Shown here: piece by piece, positions 39,037-49,465 of the stretch
How positions within the stretch are numbered: the first letter of the stretch is position 1
Layout: every line of letters starts with the position of its first letter
Virus record (IMG/VR): IMGVR_UViG_3300033273_000658
Span: 1-64,000 of that record
From: a virus
Reading direction: 5' to 3' (one strand)
Length of the DNA: 64,000 bases
The notes under the pieces: model-generated
Told to the model about the DNA's origin: nothing
The model's input: only the letters and a program-made list of their open reading frames with translations
The model's database searches: none
Program-made: the position numbers and the translations under genes

Positions 39037-41151
39037 ATGACAGATCAAGAAAAAATTGAGCAGTTAGAGAAAAAAGTTAAAGAATTGGAAAAGAAAGTCA
39101 AGACAGAAAAAGAAATAAGTAAGGCCGATAGAGTCGCTTTGGACAAACAAGAACTTGAAATCTTAATTTCTCAAAATAAAGTTTTGGGAGAAAAGAATAA
39201 CAAAATACAAAACGAAATAAAACTAAGAACACTTCTGGAACAACAAGCAGACGCAGCTTATCAATCTGAACAGGATCTTAGAGATCTTAGAGACGAAAAA
39301 GCAGCTGCTGTGAATCAAATGCTGAGTGACGAAAAGGAGGCAGAATTAGCCAGACTAGAAAGACTTGCCGCTGAAAAGGCAGCAAATGCAACTTTATTAG
39401 CTCAATTAAGACAAAATACTGCCGGTGTAGAAGAATATACAGAAGCACAAAAAAAGGCAAGAAAAGTATTTGATGATGGCTTTACAAGCATAGGTGAGAA
39501 GCTATTTCTAATCGATTCAGGAGCAAATGCATTTGTTAAGAAATTAACCGAGTTTGGTAAACTTGGAAAAGATAACGTTGATGTACTTGGTCAAAGCTTT
39601 GCTGATACTTTCAATGCAAAAACTCTTGCAATTGGTTTGCTAGCAAATGTAATTGAGAAGACTTTAGAGTTTTCCAGTGCTGTTGACAAGGCTTCTGCTG
39701 CATTTGCAGCAAATACGGGGGCTGGTAGAATTATGACAGCAGAGATTTCCGCTGTTGGTGGTTCATTCAGAAACCTTGGTATTGGAGCAGAAGATGCAGG
39801 AAAGGCAGCAGAAAGTTTGTTTAATGGTTTCACAGGGTTTATGCAACTATCTGGTACAGCGAGAAAAGATTTAATGAAAACTGTTGCTTCTTTGGAGAAA
39901 TTTGGTATCTCCGGAGAAAACGCATCCCAGGCATTGCAACTAATGACACACAACTTTGGAGAGTCCACTAGTGAAGCATCTAGAATGACAAAACAATTAG
40001 CCATAGCTGGTACAAAGATTGGAATCTCTGCTTCAAAGATGATGGATGGATTTGTTCAGGCCTCAAAATCTCTTGCTGTGTATGGTAAAGATTCAATTAA
40101 AGTGTTTACGGATCTTGCCGCACAAGCAAAAGCCGCAGGTGTTGAGGCTGCAACTTTGTTGGGTATAGCAGAAAAATTTGACACATTCTCAAGTGCCGCA
40201 GATGCTGCTGGTAAACTCAACTCTATCTTAGGTACGCAAATGTCGGCGGTTGAACTTTTAACAATGAAAGAGAACGAAAGAGTTGAAACATTAATACGTT
40301 CAATACAAGCACAAGGAAGAAATTTCAAGGACATGGATAGATTCTCTCAAAAAGCAATTGCAAATGCCGCTGGTATCACAGACATGGCTGAGGCGCAAAG
40401 AATTTTTAGTATGTCTGTGAATGATTACAGAAAAGGATTGAGAGAAAATGCTTCTCAAGAGGAATTTAATCAAAGACTGAAAGATGCTATGGATATTTTT
40501 AAAAAACTTGAGATGGCTGCTCAAAATTTTGCGATTCAGTTTTCTCCTGTTATTGACATGGTTGCTAGCGCTGTTCAAACATTCTTAGATTTCAGTCAAA
40601 GTATGAATGGGGTTCCTGTTATGATTCTTGGCATTGCTGCTGCTATTGGAGTATTACTTGTTTTAGCCCCGGCTATAATCAGTTTCTTCACAGTTGCCTT
40701 GCCTGCAATGTTTGCCGGGCTTACTGCCGGTGCTCCAATTCTTGGTACAATTGGAGCAATTATAGGTGGAGTTTTAGTTTATGCTTTGGCTTCTTTGGTA
40801 GCTACTATAGCAATGTTGAATTTAGAAAAACTTCAATCTTTAGCTACAATTTTTGGTGGATTAAGTCAAATGGGACAAGTCTCTGTTGCTGTTGATGCAA
40901 TTGACGATTTTACAGATTCCTTAGATGATAAATCGGCGACACTAAAACCAATCTTGGGTGATCTTGCTTTGATTGCAACAGGAAAAACAACGCAGAGTGT
41001 TACAACAAATACTGTTGGCTATAGTTTGAATACCTTTGCAGCAAAATTTGAAAACACATTTAAGCCCAATGTAACTGTCAAGATTGGAAATAAAGAAATA
41101 GAATCATTTATTGTTGATACAACAAACAAAGCAAACGTAAACCCTAATTGA
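39037..41151 (+). CDS. Tape-measure-like protein
   Basis: Ala-rich helical protein with late hydrophobic segments; position after the chaperones. Confidence 0.75.
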   Translation: MTDQEKIEQLEKKVKELEKKVKTEKEISKADRVALDKQELEILISQNKVLGEKNNKIQNEIKLRTLLEQQADAAYQSEQDLRDLRDEKAAAVNQMLSDEKEAELARLERLAAEKAANATLLAQLRQNTAGVEEYTEAQKKARKVFDDGFTSIGEKLFLIDSGANAFVKKLTEFGKLGKDNVDVLGQSFADTFNAKTLAIGLLANVIEKTLEFSSAVDKASAAFAANTGAGRIMTAEISAVGGSFRNLGIGAEDAGKAAESLFNGFTGFMQLSGTARKDLMKTVASLEKFGISGENASQALQLMTHNFGESTSEASRMTKQLAIAGTKIGISASKMMDGFVQASKSLAVYGKDSIKVFTDLAAQAKAAGVEAATLLGIAEKFDTFSSAADAAGKLNSILGTQMSAVELLTMKENERVETLIRSIQAQGRNFKDMDRFSQKAIANAAGITDMAEAQRIFSMSVNDYRKGLRENASQEEFNQRLKDAMDIFKKLEMAAQNFAIQFSPVIDMVASAVQTFLDFSQSMNGVPVMILGIAAAIGVLLVLAPAIISFFTVALPAMFAGLTAGAPILGTIGAIIGGVLVYALASLVATIAMLNLEKLQSLATIFGGLSQMGQVSVAVDAIDDFTDSLDDKSATLKPILGDLALIATGKTTQSVTTNTVGYSLNTFAAKFENTFKPNVTVKIGNKEIESFIVDTTNKANVNPN

Positions 41152-41161
41152 GGAGAATAAA

Positions 41162-41758
41162 ATGGCAGCACCAAAAATCAATATTTCCGACGTAACTTCT
41201 GTTAATCAATATGTTAGTAACACAGGAGCTATACTCACAATAAAAAGTGTTGTGTCTAAAAAACGACCAGCAGTAAAATTTGCTGCTTTTTTAACAGATT
41301 TTTCTCAAACATTTGATGCAACATGGAACACAGAAGAGGTTTTTGGAAGAATGGATCCCATCGCAACTTATCAGGGCACAAAAAGAACAATGTCATTAGG
41401 GTTCGATGTTCCAGCTGGATCTTTAGAGCGCGCAAAAAATAACCTAGATCAGACAGAGGGTCTTGTCAAAATGGTTTACCCTGTCTATAGTAACATTGGG
41501 GGCAATAAAATTCTTTCCAAACCTCCTTTGGTTAGAATAAAATTTGCAAATCTAATAACAGGTATTAAAGACCCCGCAGCATTAGGGTGGATTAGTGGCT
41601 TAAATTGGAGTCCTGATTTAGAAATGGGGATGTTTACTGAAAAACAGAAATTTTACCCAAAAACAATAAAAATTTCATTTAATTTTAATGTTCTTCATGA
41701 AACAACATTAGACCAAAGCGCTATGAAAGAACTAACCTCATGGCCATTCGGAGTATAA
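41162..41758 (+). CDS. Baseplate/tube initiator-like protein
   Basis: W....VFGRMDP...Y.GT.R, PPLVRIKF. Confidence 0.6.
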   Translation: MAAPKINISDVTSVNQYVSNTGAILTIKSVVSKKRPAVKFAAFLTDFSQTFDATWNTEEVFGRMDPIATYQGTKRTMSLGFDVPAGSLERAKNNLDQTEGLVKMVYPVYSNIGGNKILSKPPLVRIKFANLITGIKDPAALGWISGLNWSPDLEMGMFTEKQKFYPKTIKISFNFNVLHETTLDQSAMKELTSWPFGV

Positions 41759-41759
41759 A

Positions 41760-42092
41760 ATGTCAAGATACATAGATAGATCAAAAGCAGTTAATGATAA
41801 AGAACAATATGATAAATTGTTTGAAAAAAGAGGTGTGAAAAAAGTCATACAATATAGATCACCTTTTGCTAACTTCACAACAGAAGAAGAAAAAGCAAAA
41901 ATTGATTGTCACCAAATTGTTTGGAAATACGGAATGTCTTATGAATCCTTGGCATCCGAGTATTATGGTGATTTTAGACAGTGGTGGGTAATTGCAAGTT
42001 TCAATAATAAACCAACAGAGAGCCATGTTCAATTGGGCGATACAATAAAAATTCCAAAAGACATTTCTGAGGCTCTTGAGGTGGTGTCGTAA
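41760..42092 (+). CDS. Baseplate wedge protein (gp53/LysM-like)
   Basis: LASEYYGD...WWVIASFN...GDTIKIP. Confidence 0.7.
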   Translation: MSRYIDRSKAVNDKEQYDKLFEKRGVKKVIQYRSPFANFTTEEEKAKIDCHQIVWKYGMSYESLASEYYGDFRQWWVIASFNNKPTESHVQLGDTIKIPKDISEALEVVS

Positions 42093-45000
42093 TGGCTAAA
42101 AAATCTGCAAGAAAAAACATTAGTTTTCTAGAAAATCTAACCATAGATGAGTACGATAGTTTAGGTCTATATGTCGTCAATAAAGGCATACCTAAAGAAG
42201 ATATAACGCCAGAAATTTATTTAGACCAACATACAAATGATGCAGGAAAATCGGAGATAGGGCTTTATCATCCGGATGACATTCGGTATATAAATGAAAA
42301 TTATCCAGATTTACCAAAAGAATTTCTCTGGACCATTAGACCTAATCTATCGGACAATAGCTACTTCCAACGAGGTCTATTTGTAGATTTGTTTGATGCT
42401 CTTCGTGAAGGAAGTGAACTGGATCTCAGTAGTGAGTTCATAAAACTATTTTTAAAGTACTATAGTAAAAAAGAAAATAGAGAATGGCTGTTTCAAAAAT
42501 ACATGCCGATGCAAACATTTTCAGGTGCTGATAGCAAACAAGTAGAAATAAATAATACTTTAGCTAAACTCATAGAAAAACATGAAGATGACATTTTTGA
42601 ACTAGTTGCTTTTGATAAATACAAATTTGAAGAGTTCGACAAACAAGTGGTTGTTTTATTGAATGAACATCTATCTAAATCCTTTCCTGTACATGGTCTA
42701 GAGTATGCTTACAAATCAAAAAGCGGTTATCGCTGGACAGGAGAAGGGATTATTGATCAAGTTGGCGCAACTGTTTTACCAGAAGAAAAGGTACACAAAG
42801 TTGAATCTTCTCTATTTTTTAATAAAGTTAATGATTATAGAAAACCTTTTGATTTTATTAAAGGCGAAGAGGGAACAAATGACGCAAAATTTATTGAAGG
42901 AAGTAGATTTTCAGATTTTAAAATTTCAAACCAAGTATCTGATACAACTGCTTGGTTTGACAAAGGGCCACAAGTACATGTAAAGTTTGCTTATAATAAT
43001 TTTTTAGTGAAATTTTTAAATGTTTTAGAATTACAGAAATCTGGGGAAATATCATACAATGATGAAGCAGTTGAAGTATTATTCCATAATAGTTTAGCTG
43101 ATTATTTAAATTCTCCAATAAAATTTTCAATCGGTAGTGATTTAGCTGGAACATCGCAAGAGTTTTCTTTAATGCTCGGTAATTATGTTGCAAAAAAGTT
43201 TTTAGATGATTTTAGATTTGCTGCTTGGAAAAAAGCAGTTAAAATTTTTAGTGAATTATCTGAAGATGAAATAAGTAAACTTACAGCTGATGATGAAAAA
43301 AAATTAGCTCAAGAATCTTTTGAGGCCGGGGAACGAGCTGCTCTAAAATCTGATGTTTTGGATAGAGACCCGAATACAGCTAGTGAAGATGAACTGTCAC
43401 AAGCAGAAATTGAAGAACGACAAAAGTTTTTTAAACAATGCGCATTAATGACAAGATTAGATGAATTCAGTAATGAATACGAACAAGCAGTTATTGAAAG
43501 AGCTGAAAAAATTAACCCAGGAAACTTTGCTTATAATGGAGATCGTTTTTATTTAGTAAAAGATGGTGACGGAGAGCAAAACGGTATTGTTTCTAAATTA
43601 CTTTTACCAAAGGCCTCTCAAATAGAAGAGTTTCTAGAAATTGAACCTTCTGCTCATGCCTATCTTGTACCAAAACTAAGGTTTTACAAAGTATCTCAAA
43701 AAGGAAGTACTGTTGTTGAAGAAGAATTTAAATTTCGCAATTTTACTTCGAACAATAGAGTCTCTAAACTTTTAAATGAACAATACGATAAAGGCGGTGA
43801 TTATGGTATAAGAGAGTTTTCTTTTTCTTTTGAAGGAACGACACCGGCAACAGCTAAAAACGACATACAAGCTAGTCTTTCTCTTTATTTTCAAACGTTT
43901 GATGATTTTGTCGACAAACAGCCGGAAAATAATTCTCCGTTTGTTGACATGCTTCTATTATCAGGTGGTACCAACAAAAAGGGGTCTGGTAAAGAAAGTA
44001 GGTTTCAATTTCAACCTGACTATTATAGGATGAGAGTTGATGTTGGATGGCTTATACCAGATAAAGACCACAAAGATTTAAAAAAGATAATAGGTAACAA
44101 TAGATTCTTACAACTAAAAACAGCGCTGCAAAAAACAAATAAAAGCTTTTACTTAAACATGATTGATCACACAATTGATTTTAGAGATGATGGGTCTGTG
44201 CAAATAGATGTTGAGTATAGAGCCTACATAGAATCATCTTTAAAAGGAACGGTTTTGGATGCATTAGCCAATAGAGAAACCAAGGCTTCTCGCAAAAAAA
44301 CACAAGATGATTATCTAACTATTTTAAATTCTAAAAGATGTACTGTGGGTGAATTAAATAAAATCAAAAGACAATTGTTACAAATCGAAGATCTCCTAAA
44401 AAAACAAGCGTATCAATCTATTATGAATCGCTTGATTAAAAATGGTTTTTTGTTTTTTAAAAAACTAAAAATAACCAGCGATGCAGAGAACTTTCAGAGA
44501 AATGGATTCTTTTCCGGAAAAGTTAAATTTGCATCAGATTCAGAAGAACCAAATGAGGAGAAAAAACTAAAAGAAGCAGCATCTGGAAAAACATTTGATC
44601 TAGATGACAATTTCTTCAATGAAAAGTTATCAAATGACGAAGATTATTTGTTTGTAAACTATTTTTACCTTGGGGATTTACTGTATGTTATCCTAGACTC
44701 TCTTTATGATGATAATGATAACTATCTTGAAGGCAACGAAAATTTTAAATTTATTTTGGGTTCTTTGCAATATGAAGATCTTTTTGATACAGCAACTACC
44801 TTCAAAACAATCAATATAGCATCTATACCAATCTCAGCTGAATTGTTTTTTGAATGGTTTACTGAAAATGTAATAAAACCAGAGAGAAATAGTTATCCGA
44901 TTATGTATTTTATAAGAGATTTATGTAAATATTTAATTGGGCAAATTTTATCTGAATCTTGCTTTAAAAGATCTTTAGATAAAAGATTGCAATTCAAAAC

Positions 45001-46015
45001 AACAAACTTTGTAGGAATTGGAGATCAATTAGAATCAATGGTGGATCTAGGAAAACCAATAATAGATTTAGAAACTGAATATAATAATGGAAATGTTCCA
45101 TTGTTTCAAGATTCTGATAAAAAAGTTCCGATTAGCAATTATACAAATTACATTCTTATTTATGTTGATGCACCAAAGCTTTTCGTGCCAGGTGATACAA
45201 TAAAAAGAGGCATAAAGTCTAATGATGGAGATGTAGGCATCTATCATTATCAAATAGGAAAAGACAGAGGACTTCTCAAAAAATTGAAATTCTCAAAAAC
45301 AGACATGCAATACGTACGAGAAGCAAGATTCTTTAGAAATGGTCGTGATGGTTTAATGCAACTTGCTAATGTATACAATGTAAATTTGGACATGATCGGA
45401 AATACATTGTATTATCCCGGCATGGAAATTTATATAAATCCGCTCGGATTCATGGGAGCAAAAAGCAAACAATTTAATCCTACAATAAAACAAAGTGTAG
45501 CTAATAGACTTGGATTTGGAGGCTATCACCTGGTAACAAATGTAAAATCTACAATAGCACCTGGTAAGTTTAATACTCAAGTAACAGCAATGTTCAATTA
45601 TTCGGGAGATGGAGATCCTTCTTCTGTCATAGTTGGCGGCAAGGACGACATAAAGCCAATCACAAAAGAAGATAAAATAGATGATGCTCATAGGCCCAAA
45701 GCAAATAAAAATTATTGTTCTTCTGCATACAATAAAATTATTAATGTTGCACTTGACATCTCAAACAATAAGCTGCAAAGCTATCCTGGTATAGACATTA
45801 AATCTCTGAATGACAAAGCAAGAGTTACAGGAAACGTAGAAGAAATGAGAGAGCAAAGAGCAATAGAAGCTTCAAGTGCCGAGCTACTAGGCAGCGGATT
45901 TGCAGACACCGGTGTTTCTGATGATGTTAGAGAAATAATCTCAGATGCTGGTGGGTTTAGAGAAGAATCCGCTCTTGAAACGCTTCTAAGACAGGCTGAA
46001 GAGGAAGAAGAATAA
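42092..46015 (+). CDS. Large baseplate hub-like protein
   Basis: C-terminal MIGNTLYYPGM.IYI...GGYHLVTNVKSTI is hub-like; position. Confidence 0.5.
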   Translation: MAKKSARKNISFLENLTIDEYDSLGLYVVNKGIPKEDITPEIYLDQHTNDAGKSEIGLYHPDDIRYINENYPDLPKEFLWTIRPNLSDNSYFQRGLFVDLFDALREGSELDLSSEFIKLFLKYYSKKENREWLFQKYMPMQTFSGADSKQVEINNTLAKLIEKHEDDIFELVAFDKYKFEEFDKQVVVLLNEHLSKSFPVHGLEYAYKSKSGYRWTGEGIIDQVGATVLPEEKVHKVESSLFFNKVNDYRKPFDFIKGEEGTNDAKFIEGSRFSDFKISNQVSDTTAWFDKGPQVHVKFAYNNFLVKFLNVLELQKSGEISYNDEAVEVLFHNSLADYLNSPIKFSIGSDLAGTSQEFSLMLGNYVAKKFLDDFRFAAWKKAVKIFSELSEDEISKLTADDEKKLAQESFEAGERAALKSDVLDRDPNTASEDELSQAEIEERQKFFKQCALMTRLDEFSNEYEQAVIERAEKINPGNFAYNGDRFYLVKDGDGEQNGIVSKLLLPKASQIEEFLEIEPSAHAYLVPKLRFYKVSQKGSTVVEEEFKFRNFTSNNRVSKLLNEQYDKGGDYGIREFSFSFEGTTPATAKNDIQASLSLYFQTFDDFVDKQPENNSPFVDMLLLSGGTNKKGSGKESRFQFQPDYYRMRVDVGWLIPDKDHKDLKKIIGNNRFLQLKTALQKTNKSFYLNMIDHTIDFRDDGSVQIDVEYRAYIESSLKGTVLDALANRETKASRKKTQDDYLTILNSKRCTVGELNKIKRQLLQIEDLLKKQAYQSIMNRLIKNGFLFFKKLKITSDAENFQRNGFFSGKVKFASDSEEPNEEKKLKEAASGKTFDLDDNFFNEKLSNDEDYLFVNYFYLGDLLYVILDSLYDDNDNYLEGNENFKFILGSLQYEDLFDTATTFKTINIASIPISAELFFEWFTENVIKPERNSYPIMYFIRDLCKYLIGQILSESCFKRSLDKRLQFKTTNFVGIGDQLESMVDLGKPIIDLETEYNNGNVPLFQDSDKKVPISNYTNYILIYVDAPKLFVPGDTIKRGIKSNDGDVGIYHYQIGKDRGLLKKLKFSKTDMQYVREARFFRNGRDGLMQLANVYNVNLDMIGNTLYYPGMEIYINPLGFMGAKSKQFNPTIKQSVANRLGFGGYHLVTNVKSTIAPGKFNTQVTAMFNYSGDGDPSSVIVGGKDDIKPITKEDKIDDAHRPKANKNYCSSAYNKIINVALDISNNKLQSYPGIDIKSLNDKARVTGNVEEMREQRAIEASSAELLGSGFADTGVSDDVREIISDAGGFREESALETLLRQAEEEEE

Positions 46016-46016
46016 G

Positions 46017-47216
46017 ATGGCAAAATTCAAAGCAAAAAACACAGGTCAATCAGCAGCTTTTCAAGGTTACTATCGTTCTCAATATAGACAACGTGCATTT
46101 CCAGAAAATAATTCGTTGGGTCCTGTTGGTGTTGTTGATTTTTTATTTGCCGAGAGAAATTTGTATGGAAGAGTTGATCAAGATTTGAATGTAGTGATCC
46201 CAAATACAGATACCATCAAAAGATTAACATCCAATAACAACCCAACGGGTGTAATTGCAATGAATTTTGTTGTAGATCAGTTTATTGACCTCAAAAAGGC
46301 ATTCCAAAGAGCATTAAATACAAGAAAAATTAGACAAAATGATCCATACCTCTCAAATCTAGAAGTATCTAGGTCGTATGTCAACCCGAAAGGTCTTTAT
46401 GAATCTTATTTTGCAAAAATTATGAGAAATTTTGAAGATAATTTCTTGGATAAGAGAAAAACAATAAAACCAGAAGATTATTTTTCACAATTTTTGCTTT
46501 ATATACAACAAATCACACCTACTTTCCCATTAACCTTCACAGCTTGGCAAAGAAGCAAGAATTCTTCTATTTTTACAAGTGGTTTAGCATTAGATTTATC
46601 TGGATTAGATGTAGGAAACGATGAACTAAAGGAAACTTTCATAGAAAGCGAAAATTTCCCATACTTTTTGAACGCATGTAATAATTTTGGTTTCTCCGTA
46701 GTTAAGAACTCGCCATGGATAATCGTGGCAGATCTAGGCAGTCCTGCTTCTACAATATACCATGATTTTTACAATTTGTCAAGTGTAAAACAAATATTTT
46801 CTCAACAATTTATAAAAACATCTGATTCTGATGTTGATTACATAAAACAAATGTTATTTAATTCTTATAATAATTTTGTTGATAGATTTAACTATGAAAA
46901 GAATTTTACTTTATGTAATAAAAAATTATTAAAAAATAATTTATATAGAAATAATATTAATATTAATAAATTTAATAATATATATAACAATAAATATTTT
47001 ATAGAATATTATAATAATATAAGATACTTTGAAGAAGAATCTGGCTTCTCTGTATCTGATAGAAACAAATTCACAGAAAATGCAAAAAAGTTAGAAAAAA
47101 CATTTGACATGGACAGAGCTATCGGTTATATTAATGAACAGTACAGAAGTGTTTATAAATCAAAACCTGGTGGATTAAACCATGTACTAAAGAGGGCAGA
47201 AAAAAAGAAGAGATAA
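46017..47216 (+). CDS. Hypothetical protein containing an extremely AT-rich segment
   Basis: 399-aa ORF coupled to the previous gene. Confidence 0.65.
   Translation: MAKFKAKNTGQSAAFQGYYRSQYRQRAFPENNSLGPVGVVDFLFAERNLYGRVDQDLNVVIPNTDTIKRLTSNNNPTGVIAMNFVVDQFIDLKKAFQRALNTRKIRQNDPYLSNLEVSRSYVNPKGLYESYFAKIMRNFEDNFLDKRKTIKPEDYFSQFLLYIQQITPTFPLTFTAWQRSKNSSIFTSGLALDLSGLDVGNDELKETFIESENFPYFLNACNNFGFSVVKNSPWIIVADLGSPASTIYHDFYNLSSVKQIFSQQFIKTSDSDVDYIKQMLFNSYNNFVDRFNYEKNFTLCNKKLLKNNLYRNNININKFNNIYNNKYFIEYYNNIRYFEEESGFSVSDRNKFTENAKKLEKTFDMDRAIGYINEQYRSVYKSKPGGLNHVLKRAEKKKR
47104..47132 (+). promoter_or_regulatory. Candidate sigma70-type promoter for the polymerase, inside the upstream CDS
   Basis: TTGACA(47104)-17 nt-TATATT(47127). 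Confidence 0.45.
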
Positions 47217-47252
47217 GTGTGGCAGTTTATCTCTCTTTTGTATGGAGGATAA

Positions 47253-48428
47253 ATGCTATTTCAAATTTTAGATGATAAACAAGAATGTCTTGGTTTATTT
47301 GCAAATGGAGATTTTTACTATGGTCAAATTAAAAGAGCTTTTGAGAAAACATGGGATTGGTCTCCTCACTTATCAGATGATGATTATGAATATGCTAGGA
47401 TTTGGTGTGGAGGTAAGTCACTTGAAGACGCTTGTCCCGAACATCTCTCAGATCGCTTGGAGATCCACAAAAAGAGAGTTAAGAATTTTGTAAAAGCAGC
47501 TTCGGTTGCTAAAATCAACCTTGACGATGTATGTTTGTTTGACATCATTCCAAAACAAGCATTGATACACTGGTGTCAAGTTAAAAATGAGATCTGTGAT
47601 TATGTGTTTGAAAATTACACAAAACCAGCAAATCATAAATTCATGATAGATCTCAGCAAGATGGTTTATGAAATTTCTAACAATCCCGTTGTTTTGGATC
47701 AAAATAAACTATTTAACTATCAGAAGACCGACTATAAGGCTAAGTCTCTTTGGAACAGTTTTGGAGGGAAAACTTCCAACATTTCATACGAAATTTATGG
47801 CTCTGTAACAGGTCGTCTAACAACAAAATCTGGTTCATTTCCAATCTTAAATCTTAAGAAAGAAATTGCTGACATTGTTGTTCCAAAGAATGATGCATTC
47901 ATTCAATTTGATTTCAATGGAGCAGAGATCAGAACTCTTCTATCTTTGTCCGGAGAAACACAACCCCAGGAAGATATACATGAATTTAACGCAAAAATAC
48001 TTAAATGTTCTCGTGACGAAGCTAAGAAAAAATTCTTCGCATGGTTCTATAATCCCAACAAAAAAAGCGTAGAACTTTCACAACATTACAGAAGAGATGT
48101 TGTATTAGATAGACACTATTCAAACGGTATTGTAAAGACACCGTTTGGTAGAGAGATTGAAGCAGATGACTTTCATTCGTTTAATTATCTGCTTCAATCC
48201 ACGTCTTCTGATAATTGTTTAGCTCAAGCAATAAAAATCAATAAATTTCTATCTGGGAAAAAATCATTTGTACATTCTGTAGTACACGATTCAATAACTA
48301 TTGATTTTCACAAAGATGATAGAGAACTAGTTACTCAGATAAAACAAATTTTTGAAGATACCAGATTAGGCCAATTTAAATCTTCAATGCACATAGGTAA
48401 AAATTATAGAGACATGGAGGAAGTATGA
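47253..48428 (+). CDS. Minimal family-A DNA polymerase (polymerase domain only)
   Basis: TGRLT, motif A DFNGAEIR, motif B RDEAKKKFFAWFY, TPFGR, NY.LQST, motif C VHDSI. Confidence 0.82.
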   Translation: MLFQILDDKQECLGLFANGDFYYGQIKRAFEKTWDWSPHLSDDDYEYARIWCGGKSLEDACPEHLSDRLEIHKKRVKNFVKAASVAKINLDDVCLFDIIPKQALIHWCQVKNEICDYVFENYTKPANHKFMIDLSKMVYEISNNPVVLDQNKLFNYQKTDYKAKSLWNSFGGKTSNISYEIYGSVTGRLTTKSGSFPILNLKKEIADIVVPKNDAFIQFDFNGAEIRTLLSLSGETQPQEDIHEFNAKILKCSRDEAKKKFFAWFYNPNKKSVELSQHYRRDVVLDRHYSNGIVKTPFGREIEADDFHSFNYLLQSTSSDNCLAQAIKINKFLSGKKSFVHSVVHDSITIDFHKDDRELVTQIKQIFEDTRLGQFKSSMHIGKNYRDMEEV

Positions 48429-49231
48429 CAGTTTTAATAGGTTTAGGAAAAGCCGGATGTGAAATTGTTAATAAATTTTCTGACTCCTATAAAAAGATTA
48501 CCATAGATGCTGGTTCGGAACTCCCAGAGTTCAACTCACCAGAGGATTACGACCAAAAACTGACGAACTATTCCCATCTCTTAGATTTTGACGAGGAAGA
48601 GTGTTATTTCTTTGTTTGCGGAGCTGGTAAAGTTTCGGCAGCCTCACTCAGATTGTTAGAGCTTGTACAATCTAAAAAAATAAATCTTGTATACATCTAT
48701 CCGGAAGAGATTATGTTGTCTCCAACACAGAAGAAACTCAACAGAGTTGCTTTTAATGTGTTTCAGCAGTATGCGAGATCAGGTCTTCTTAATTCTATGT
48801 ACATCATGTCGAACGAAGAAATTTGTTCGTTTCTTCCTTATTATTCTTTGGAAGACATGTATGATCACATAAACAATGCAATTGTAAATGTTTTTGAGAG
48901 TGTGATTTTTTACCTTAACCAGAGACCGGTCTTAGGTTCACATCATGAAGCGAAAGAAATTTCCCGCATTAGAACAGTTGAATACGGAGAATTTAAAAAA
49001 AATAAAAAAAACATGTACTTTCCACTTGACAATGTTACCGAGACATGCTACATTAATATAGTAAATGATGAGGACATGAAAAACAATAGAGAGTTGTTGG
49101 ATCTATTAAAGAATAAAATTAAAGAAGATACTGATAACAACATCAATTCTTCTTTTGTAGTATTCAGATCTGACTATGAACACTCTTTTTATTATGCGAT
49201 TCGGTTTACGCATTATTTACAAGAAAATTAA
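48425..49231 (+). CDS. Divergent tubulin/FtsZ-superfamily protein
   Basis: N-terminal LIGLGKAGCEI; degenerate signature loop CGAGKVS; SN...Y...N..I. Confidence 0.6.
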   Translation: MTVLIGLGKAGCEIVNKFSDSYKKITIDAGSELPEFNSPEDYDQKLTNYSHLLDFDEEECYFFVCGAGKVSAASLRLLELVQSKKINLVYIYPEEIMLSPTQKKLNRVAFNVFQQYARSGLLNSMYIMSNEEICSFLPYYSLEDMYDHINNAIVNVFESVIFYLNQRPVLGSHHEAKEISRIRTVEYGEFKKNKKNMYFPLDNVTETCYINIVNDEDMKNNRELLDLLKNKIKEDTDNNINSSFVVFRSDYEHSFYYAIRFTHYLQEN

Positions 49232-49239
49232 AAAAATAC

Positions 49240-49269
49240 TTGACAAGTTCTGAGAACATGTTATATTAT
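49240..49269 (+). promoter_or_regulatory. sigma70-type promoter
   Basis: AAAATAC-TTGACA(49240)...ATGTTATATTAT. Confidence 0.65.
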
Positions 49270-49293
49270 AAAGGTAAGCAAAAAGGAGAACAA

Positions 49294-49410
49294 ATGATTG
49301 CTTTAATGATGTTATTCTTTGCCTGTGGTGAAGAAAAAGCTGACGATTCTGCTCAACCGGCTGAGGAACAGCAAGAGCAGGTAGAAGATACAGCAGCAAT
49401 TGCTGAATAA
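49294..49410 (+). CDS. 38-aa acidic lipoprotein
   Basis: AAGGAG RBS; MIALMMLFFA-CGEEKADDSAQPAEEQQEQVEDTAAIAE; not in the ORF track. Confidence 0.65.
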   Translation: MIALMMLFFACGEEKADDSAQPAEEQQEQVEDTAAIAE

Positions 49411-49436
49411 AAAACTGAAAAAAAATAAAAAAATAC

Positions 49437-49465
49437 TTGACAACTTAAACAAAACATGCTATAAT
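49437..49465 (+). promoter_or_regulatory. sigma70-type promoter
   Basis: TTGACA(49437)-17 nt-TATAAT(49460) with TG and an A-tract upstream. Confidence 0.85.

Noticed and set aside
48425-49231. Evidence for a nucleus-forming jumbo phage
   Set aside because: No chimallin or multisubunit RNA polymerase is recognisable; the architecture is T4-like and the tubulin is degenerate.
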